From an uncultured Gemmatimonadaceae bacterium (GTDB lineage Bacteria > Gemmatimonadota > Gemmatimonadetes > Gemmatimonadales > Gemmatimonadaceae): a DNA stretch of 64,000 nt. A program made the translations under genes and the position numbers. The notes beneath the pieces are model-generated. The model did no database searches and was not told the DNA's origin. It was given only the letters and a program-made list of their open reading frames with translations. Where the stretch lies: NCBI GenBank assembly GCA_963751275.1, contig CAVVTZ010000007.1:916006-980005 (forward strand). The letters run 5' to 3'. Positions 56,528-64,000 of this stretch are shown here, in pieces. Numbering within the stretch: position 1 is the stretch's first letter; each line of letters opens with the position of its first letter.

Positions 56528-59500
56528 TTACGGCTTCGATGCGCTATCGGGCTTCGGCGCCGTCTTGATCATCTCCGTCGGCAATTTGACCGTGTTGCCG
56601 AGGATCTCGAAGAGCCGGCTGCTCACGGCTTGGGCGCCGAGGGGGACGACAACCGGGTGGCTGATCGTGCCGCCCACATGCACGGGGACGGCAAGGATCG
56701 ATCCACCGAAGATGTTGCGCACGATCGGCGTGTGGCTGATCGAGCCAGTTCGCGATCTTCACGGGCGCGACGAGCACGTCGATGTCGAGCGTCCCACGGT
56801 CGAAGTCGACGTTGCCGTGCGCCCCCGCGTCCAGTCCGGACGCGTCGAGCGTCATCGACTTCAGCTCCACGCGCGGGCCGGTGAATGCCATGTCGGCGGT
56901 GAGTGTCTTGTAGGCCATGCCGCCCTGCTTGAAGTCGGCGCTCTGGCCCACGAGCACCTGCGTCACGTTCGCGACCTTCAGCACATTGGCGAACTCGTCG
57001 AACTTGTTGATCCGGCCGTCCTTCGCCATGAGCGTGAAGGTGCCGCGCAGATTGTCGATCGTCGTGCCGGCCGCGCCGCGCGAGCTGAACTTGGCGTTCA
57101 CCGTCACGTTGCCGGTGATGTCCACGCGCTGTTCGCTCAGGCAGGCGATCGCGTGCGCGAGCGGCGCGTTCTTCGCGGTGAGCCCGGCCGTGACATCGAT
57201 CGTGTCGTGCTCGACGCTGAGGCCGCCCGACACCGCGATCCCGCAGAGCGCGGCGTGCGTCAGCGCAAGGTCGATGCGCGGACCGGTGATCGATCCGCTC
57301 GCCTGCAGCGGCGAGAATTCGATGCGCCCGACCTTCAGGAGGCCGATGTCCACGCGCACGCTGCCGCGCGCGGGGATGTCGTACAGTGCCTTGATGAACT
57401 TGGTCTCCTTCTCGGCGTTGGTCGCGGCGGGCGCCGCCTTCGCCGGCGCCGCGGCCGGCGGCGCGGCGCTGTCCGTGTGGTGGATGCGCGCGGGGATGAT
57501 GATCGTGTCGGCGCGCACCGCGGCGTCCACGACGAACTTCTGGTCGCGGAACGCGATCGGACCCGGTCACCGAGCCGCGGCTCGCGCCGCTCGAAAGGTC
57601 GGCGGTGCGCAGGTAGAACACGCTGTCCTTCGCCTCGAGCGCCAGCCGGTCGATCACGAGGGGCGCCTTGATCGCACGCTCCAGGTGGATGCCCGACCCG
57701 GCGAGCGTGCCGGTGGCGTGCGAACTCTCAGGGTGCTTGAGATCGCCTTCGACGTGGATATCGCCATCGAGATAGTCCAGTTCGAGCGGCGAGTTCAGGA
57801 AGATGCGATCCATCGTCGAGCCCGCGAGACGGCCCTTCCAGAGCGCCTTGATCTTCGGGCCATCGATCGAGACGCCGGCGCTGAGATTCGAGGCGTCATC
57901 GTGCAGCGTGAATCTCTCCACCTGCAGCTGGTCGGTGCGGGAGTGCAGATCGAAACCGATCTCGGGACCGCCGGCCACCGCCACCGTGCCGCTCGCGCCG
58001 AGGCCGGCGCTCGTGCGAAGGCTCACCGACGCGTCCTTGATCGTGAGTGCGCCGCGGAGCTTCAGCGCATCGGGCAACTCGGCCTTCGCGTACACCCACG
58101 CGAGCGCATCGAGGCCCACCGTGCCCTTCGCGAAAACGAGCAGCTCGCTCGTGCTGTCGCGATAATCCTCCGTGCCGCCGGCCACCACGAGGTGCGCGTC
58201 GAGCGCGGACGCGGATACGTCGCTCGCGTTCACGCGCTGCTCGGTCACGTGCACCACGCCGCCGTCCACCGTGGCGCGCGGGCCGAAGTGCGGCGCGTCC
58301 ACCACGATGTGCGACGGGAACGCCGACGCGCGGAAGGTGAGCTGGGCCGGCGTCTTCACCGGCAGCGAGAGCGCCGCCACCGAGACCGTGAGCGCGCCGG
58401 TGACGGACCGCACGCTGTCGAGCTGCTTCGCGAGCTTCGGTTGCTGCGATGCCCAGTGGAAGAGCTCCGGGAGCGCGAGATGCACCGAACCGCGCGTCGC
58501 GGTGACCACCATCGGTCCGGTGAGCGCGACCCCGGCGTCGAGGCTGTCGAACGTCGAGTGCCCGATCGTGCCGCGCAGGGCGCGCACCGACAATGCCGCG
58601 GGCGAGTAGCTGCCGCCGCCGTCGATGATGCGGATGGGGAAGGGGATCGCCGCATAGTGCGCGGCCGCGCGCAACTCGGAGAAGTCCACGCGCGGCACGA
58701 TGCGGTTCGTGTTGCCGCCGATCGTCGCGCGCGCGAGCACGGTGCCGCGCACTCCGGTGATGGGGCCGAGCGTGGCGGCGCTGTCCTTGCCGAGCACGCG
58801 GCCGGCGATCGCGAAACCCTGTGCGAGGTCCGCTTCCACCGTGATCGTGCCGCGCATCGGCGGCACCGCCGGATTCAGGTCGATGTCGAAGGTGCCGTCG
58901 CGCGCGGTGGTAGGGCCGACGCTCGCCACGAGCGACGCGGCGTGCAGCTTCCCGCCGGTGAGCGATACGCTCGCGCTCGCGTTGGTGATGGGGAGATCCT
59001 GGAACACGGTGAGCGTGGCATCGATGTTCCTGATCTCGCCCGTGATCGCCATGGTGGGAAGTGCGAAGAGATCGCCGATGCGGACCGCGCGGCTCTCGAG
59101 CTTCGCGTCCGCGAGCGTGCCGCGCGTGACAGTCACCGGCAATCCTTGCAGCGCGGGGATCTCCGGCGCCAATCCCTGAATGACCGTCTGTGCCGTGGGC
59201 AGGTCGACATTCGCGAGTTGCGCCGCCATGGTGAACGCGCCGGCACTATCGCGCACGATCGTGCCGCTCGCGCCGAGGCGCGGCGCATCGAGCGCGAACT
59301 GCTTGAGCGTGAGCGTCACCGCGCCGTGCGCGGTCTGCGCCGCGGCATCGAGTGCGAGGGCAGCCGCGTCGACGCGGGCCTTTCCGAATCGCAACGCGAC
59401 CTTGGGCGCCGATATCGATACCTGCGCCTGTGCGTCGCTGAGCCCGTGCAGGTCCGCGGTGACACTCGCGCTCACGACGGCGTTCGTCACCGGCCAGCCG

Positions 59501-60252
59501 GCGCCGAGTGCGAAGGCGGGCCCGAGTGCCGCGGCGTCGAGCTCGGTGACGTGCACGGCGACGTCGCCGGACAGATCGGCCGGCGAGAGCAGCGCGCGGG
59601 CCGTCACGCGCTTCGCCCAGGGTGTCGTCACGCCGGCCAATGCCATGACGGAGCCGGGGTCCACCGAGATGACGACGTTCACCTTCTCCAGGATCAGCGG
59701 TGGCTGCGATGGCAGGTCTAGTTCCACGTGCCCATCGTCGACATCCGCCTCGAGGCCGGGCATCCGCGATTCGATCGCCGCCAGCGCGGTCCGGAGCTGC
59801 GCGTCGGTGCCCTTGAGCGAGAAGGGCGTCGCGGCCTTCTGCGTGTCCGGCGCGGACTTCGCGATCGTGAGCGTGATCCGCGGCGAGAGCACCCGCAGGC
59901 GCCGCGGCTCCACGCTGCCGTGGAAGAGCGGCAGCAAACGGATGTCGATCTCGGCGGCGCGCGCCGAGAGCTGCACCGTGCCGGGGAGCGCGAACTCGAG
60001 CGTGTCGAGCACCGCGCGCGGCCAGGGGAAGAAGCGCAGCTCGAGCCGGGTGTAGCTCGCGCGCCCGCCGGTGGCCTTTGAGACGAGCCGCGCGACCTGG
60101 GCCTTCACCGCCGCCGTGTCGAGCCAGAGAGGGGCGGTGAGCTGGATCAAGAGCAATAGCATGAGTGGCGCGGCGATGATCGCGCCGATCCCAATGAACC
60201 ATCGCCGTTTGGTCACCAATGAATTATGCACCGGAAGCGGGTCATCGGCCAT
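56528..60252 (-). CDS. AsmA-like family protein, frameshifted
   Basis: N-terminal TM; long beta-rich repeats; C-terminal GNVDF..LDIDVLVAP and VHVGGTISHPVV. Confidence 0.75.
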
Positions 60253-60305
60253 CGTTCGGCGGTCGAAATCCGTTGCCCTCCCCCCGCGGAAACAGTCTCC
60301 ATTCG

Positions 60306-62198
60306 ATGCCCCCCCGCGAGCCCAAGCCCACCCCAACGCACGTCCGCCGGCTCACCACCGCCGGCCGCTGGACGATCTCCTCCATCGCGGCCCTCGCGGC
60401 GATCATCGGGCTCATCGTCAACGCGCGGAACCTGGGTCTCACGCCGTGGCTCAACGTGGGCGGCGTGAGCTTCGCCGACCTCGCGGCACGGCGCATCGTG
60501 CTCTCGCCCGCCACCGACACGCTGCACGCGCTGGGCGACACGGTGCACGTCGCGGCCACCGTCACCGACCAGCACGGCGCGATGATCGCGGGCGCGGGCA
60601 TCGTCTGGACCAGCGAGGACACACTCATCGCGAGGGTGGATTCCTCGGGCGCGGTGGTCGCGCGCGGCGTCGGCACGACGAGTATCGGCGCGGCCGTGCG
60701 CGAACACTTCGCCACCGCGCGCATCACGGTCTTCCAGCTCGTGCGCGCCGTGGCCATCGCGCACGACACGCTGCTGCGGATCCCCGAGGGCACGTCGGTG
60801 ACCCTCGTCGCGCGGCCGCTCGATGCGCGCGGCCGCTTCGTGCCCGGACGGCCCATCAAGTGGACCTCGGGCGACAGCACGGTCGTGTCGATCAACGCGG
60901 CCGGCCTCGCGCAGGCCGTTGGCCCGGGACATGCGACGCTCACCGCGCAGGCCGACGGCTACACGTCCACGATCGCCGCGGATGTCACGCTCACGCCGAC
61001 CTCGGTGGCACTCGTGTCGGGCGCGGGGCAGCGCGCGCCCGCCGGACGGCGCCTCGCGCAGCCGGTGCAGCTGCAGGTGAATTCGCGCGGCGGCCGCCCG
61101 ATGGCGGATGTCGCCGTGACCTTCACCACCGACGGAGAGGGGAGCGCCGATCCCGCGAAGTCGCTGACCGACCGCAACGGCCGCGCGCACGCCGCGTGGA
61201 CGCTCGGCGCGCACGCCGGGCGCCAGCGTCTCGTGATCGCCGCGGCGGGGGTGGACAGCGCCGTCACGGTGATCGCGGAATCGGATCCGGTGCCGGCGAA
61301 TACGCGCATCAAGGCGGCGCGCGAGGTGCCCGCCGGCCGCGCCGGCGCCGCGCTCGCGGAGCCGGTGGGCGTTCGCGTCACCGATTCGACGGGCGCGGCA
61401 GAGGCCGACGTCCCCGTCGCGTGGACCGCGCTCGACGATGGCACGATCGAGGCGCTCGCGGCGCGCACCGATTCCGTGGGCGAGGCGTGGGCGCGCTGGA
61501 CGCTCGGTCCGCGCGCCGGCGCGCAGCACGCGCGCGTGCAGGTCGGGAACGCGCGCGCGGTGCCGGCCTTCACCCTCACGGCCAATGCGCTCGCGGAGAC
61601 GCCCGCCGGTGCGAGCATCGTCTCGGGCGGCGGGCAGCAAGCGCGCGTCGGCGCCGCGCTCAAGCAGCCGGTGGTCGTGCTGCTCAAGGACCACAACGGG
61701 AATCCGGTGGCCGGCGCCGCGATCCACGTGACGGCGCGCGAGGGCAGCGTGAACGACACGATGCCCGTGGCGGACGATCACGGCCGCGTGCACATCCAGT
61801 GGATGCTCGGCACGAAGTCCGGCGACCAGCAGCTCGAGCTCGCCGCCGGCGCGGGGTCGCCGCTCGCCGTGCACGCGAAGGCGCTGCCGCTCGCGCCGGC
61901 GAACGTCGAGATCGCCGCGCTGCCGTCGAGCGGGCCGGCCGCTCACGCATTGCCGAAAGCGGTGGTCGCCACCGTGACCGACGCCTACGGCAACGTCGTG
62001 TCCGACGTGCAGGTGGTGTTCAACGCCACCGGCGGCTCGCCGAACCCATCGCGCGTGATGACCGACGCGAAAGGCCAGGCCGCGACGCACTGGACGCTGG
62101 GGAGCGCGGCGGGGGACGAGACGATCACGGCGGTGGTGAAGGGGACGGGGGTGAGTGCCTCGGGCACCGTGCGCGCGACGAAGCCATCGAAGAAATGA
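60306..62198 (+). CDS. Membrane-anchored protein with multiple bacterial Ig-like domains
   Basis: N-terminal TM; WTS.D..V..G.V repeats; TD..G.A..WTLG repeats. Confidence 0.85.
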   Translation: MPPREPKPTPTHVRRLTTAGRWTISSIAALAAIIGLIVNARNLGLTPWLNVGGVSFADLAARRIVLSPATDTLHALGDTVHVAATVTDQHGAMIAGAGIVWTSEDTLIARVDSSGAVVARGVGTTSIGAAVREHFATARITVFQLVRAVAIAHDTLLRIPEGTSVTLVARPLDARGRFVPGRPIKWTSGDSTVVSINAAGLAQAVGPGHATLTAQADGYTSTIAADVTLTPTSVALVSGAGQRAPAGRRLAQPVQLQVNSRGGRPMADVAVTFTTDGEGSADPAKSLTDRNGRAHAAWTLGAHAGRQRLVIAAAGVDSAVTVIAESDPVPANTRIKAAREVPAGRAGAALAEPVGVRVTDSTGAAEADVPVAWTALDDGTIEALAARTDSVGEAWARWTLGPRAGAQHARVQVGNARAVPAFTLTANALAETPAGASIVSGGGQQARVGAALKQPVVVLLKDHNGNPVAGAAIHVTAREGSVNDTMPVADDHGRVHIQWMLGTKSGDQQLELAAGAGSPLAVHAKALPLAPANVEIAALPSSGPAAHALPKAVVATVTDAYGNVVSDVQVVFNATGGSPNPSRVMTDAKGQAATHWTLGSAAGDETITAVVKGTGVSASGTVRATKPSKK

Positions 62199-62271
62199 AG
62201 GCGGATTGACGACTGAAGGCTGGCGACCGACGCTTGCCACGGCGGCGAGCGCAGGCGTCAGTCATCGATCG

Positions 62272-62799
62272 TCAGTCGATGTCCGCCGTTAGGCTTTCTT
62301 CGGCTTCAAGAACAACGACGCCAGCACGCCCTCGCCCATTCTCGCTGCTCAGCGCGCTGAAGGCGAAGAAGGGGATCAGCAGGATGAAGAAGGAGATCGC
62401 GATCGCCCCGATCTCCTCGATCGGCCGGCCGGCGGGCTTCGGCAGCGACTCCATGAAGGTCTTCCCCTTGTACATGTCGAAGCCGACGTCTTCCAGCACT
62501 TTGCAGAACATCAGCAGGATGGAGAAGGCCGCCGATTGAATGAGCACGGAGATGATGATCGGATGCCCGGGCCGCTCCGCGAAGTGCAACTGCTTGGCGA
62601 TGAGCATGACCTTGCCGATCGCGAGCGAATTGATGAGCGCCCAGCCGTACTCGTTCATGCTGGTGCCGGCCTGCGCGAGGATCACGGTGCGCTGCAGCTC
62701 GCTGGCCGCGAACACGAGGAACAGATAGCCGCACACGAGCCCCAGCTCCTTGAACTCGTTCTCGGCTTTCTGCTTGAGCGTCTTCTTCTCGGCTTCCAT
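62272..62799 (-). CDS. Hypothetical 4-TM membrane protein
   Basis: Four hydrophobic segments; ALINSLAIGKVMLI, IPFFAF. Confidence 0.7.
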   Translation of the reverse strand: MEAEKKTLKQKAENEFKELGLVCGYLFLVFAASELQRTVILAQAGTSMNEYGWALINSLAIGKVMLIAKQLHFAERPGHPIIISVLIQSAAFSILLMFCKVLEDVGFDMYKGKTFMESLPKPAGRPIEEIGAIAISFFILLIPFFAFSALSSENGRGRAGVVVLEAEESLTADID

Positions 62800-62915
62800 C
62801 GGCTGGCTCCGTGCGTGTGTGGATTCGCGTGCGATGGCCAATTATGGTGCGCGTGCGGCAATCGCGTGAGGGGCTCCTCGCGCGGGTCCGGCGGGCGGCG
62901 CACTCCCTCGCAGCG

Positions 62916-63247
62916 GCCGACGCTCAAACCGCTTCGAGCCTCGCGCACACGACGCGCGAGTCTCTCGCTTTTCGCTGAGGCCGCTCTCGGAGCGCGCCGC
63001 CCGCCGGGGATCGCAAACGACAACGGCCCGCCGGCGCGCCCATCTGCCATCGCGCCCATCATGTTGCCAGGCGCGCAAGCCCGTGTTCCCCTCGGGGAGG
63101 GAACGCGCGCGGGAAGCGCCACCCGCGCTACTCGAGGCGTTCGTGATCGACGTCAGGGAGCGGGACGTCGCCAGCGCGGCCGCCTCAGCGAAAAGCGAGA
63201 GACTCGCGCGCAGTTTGCGCGAGGCTCGAAGCGGTTTGAGCGTCGGC
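62916..63247. repeat. 66-bp inverted repeat pair with 200-bp spacer (REP/BIME-like)
   Basis: 62916-62981 vs reverse complement of 63182-63247, 3 mismatches. Confidence 0.92.
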
Positions 63248-63379
63248 GGCCAAGCGGCGGCGTTCCGCGACCGGCCGCGCGATGTCGTCCTACTGACGCG
63301 GCGGCCTTGCGAACCACGGGGATTCGCGGAACTTCTCTCCTCCCAGCACGTTCATCGATCCCTCCGTCCCCAAGCAGCC

Positions 63380-64000
63380 ATGCGTCGTCGCTCCGTATTC
63401 GCCATCGCGCTCGCCCTTCTTCCGCTCGCTGCGCTCGCGCAGACGCCGGCGGCGATCGATACCACCGCCTTCAACGCGCTCTCGTGGCGCGAGATCGGGC
63501 CCTATCGCGGCGGACGCTCGGCGGCCGTCACCGGCTCGGTGGCGCGGCCGAACGAGTACTACATGGGCACGACCGGAGGCGGCGTCTTCAAGACCATCGA
63601 CGGCGGGCTCAACTGGCGGCCCACCAGCGACGCCTTCTTCGGCGGCACGGTCGGCGCGATCGCGGTGAGCGAGACGAATCCGGACATCGTGTACGTCGGC
63701 ACCGGTGAGGGACCGATCCGCGGCAATGTCTCGCACGGCGACGGCGTGTACCGGTCGCACGACGGCGGCAAGACGTGGACCTATATCGGCCTTGCCGAGA
63801 CCCGCCAGATCTCGCGCGTCCGCATCAACCCGAAGAATCCGGACGAGGTGTACGTGGCGGCCGAGGGGCATGTGTGGGCGCCGAATCCGGACCGCGGCGT
63901 GTACCGCACGATCGATGGCGGCAAGAACTGGAAGAAGATCCTCTTCCGGAACGATTCCACCGGCGTGACCGATCTCGCCATGGACCAGCAATACGTGGCG
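63380..64000 (+). CDS. VPS10/BNR repeat secreted protein (3' partial)
   Basis: MRRRSVFAIALALLPLAALAQ, WREIGPYRGGRS, GGVFKTIDGGLNW. Confidence 0.88.
   Translation, partial: MRRRSVFAIALALLPLAALAQTPAAIDTTAFNALSWREIGPYRGGRSAAVTGSVARPNEYYMGTTGGGVFKTIDGGLNWRPTSDAFFGGTVGAIAVSETNPDIVYVGTGEGPIRGNVSHGDGVYRSHDGGKTWTYIGLAETRQISRVRINPKNPDEVYVAAEGHVWAPNPDRGVYRTIDGGKNWKKILFRNDSTGVTDLAMDQQYVA

Noticed and set aside
62536..63708. 390-aa ORF across the inverted repeat
   Set aside because: Arg/Ala/Pro-rich, overlaps two better genes and has no motif.

Overview
High-GC bacterial chromosome segment. The Ser/Thr kinase-TolB fusion, VPS10/BNR proteins, PadR + duplicated ABC permeases and Ig-like proteins suggest Gemmatimonadota or a similar soil lineage (inference). 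About 45 CDS: four Cys-type sulfatases with their usual neighbours (DUF1254/1214, DUF3604, rotamase, HupE/UreJ, HAD), a beta-carbonic anhydrase, MgtA, an ArsR-DUF2892-TolC/RND-PII-like operon, two orphan ABC permeases, and AsmA-like and Ig-like proteins. More than ten genes carry small frameshifts, most likely long-read errors. Main finding: a four-copy palindromic element family sharing the end AACTGCTTTGACAGGAT followed by 3-4 tandem (A)CAGGAT units. Two copies bracket a GxxExxY (PD-(D/E)XK-like) gene (27.2-27.7 kb, 36.0-36.5 kb). Two are gene-less, near-perfect hairpins (15.4 kb, 56.4 kb). This looks like an autonomous/non-autonomous pairing analogous to RAYT/REPIN or IS/MITE, but with no recognised transposase. 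Several other long intergenic palindromes of unrelated sequence occur, some with the same AAC-N-GC terminus. No rRNA, tRNA or CRISPR array was seen. All calls are by-eye motif recognition; no searches were run.
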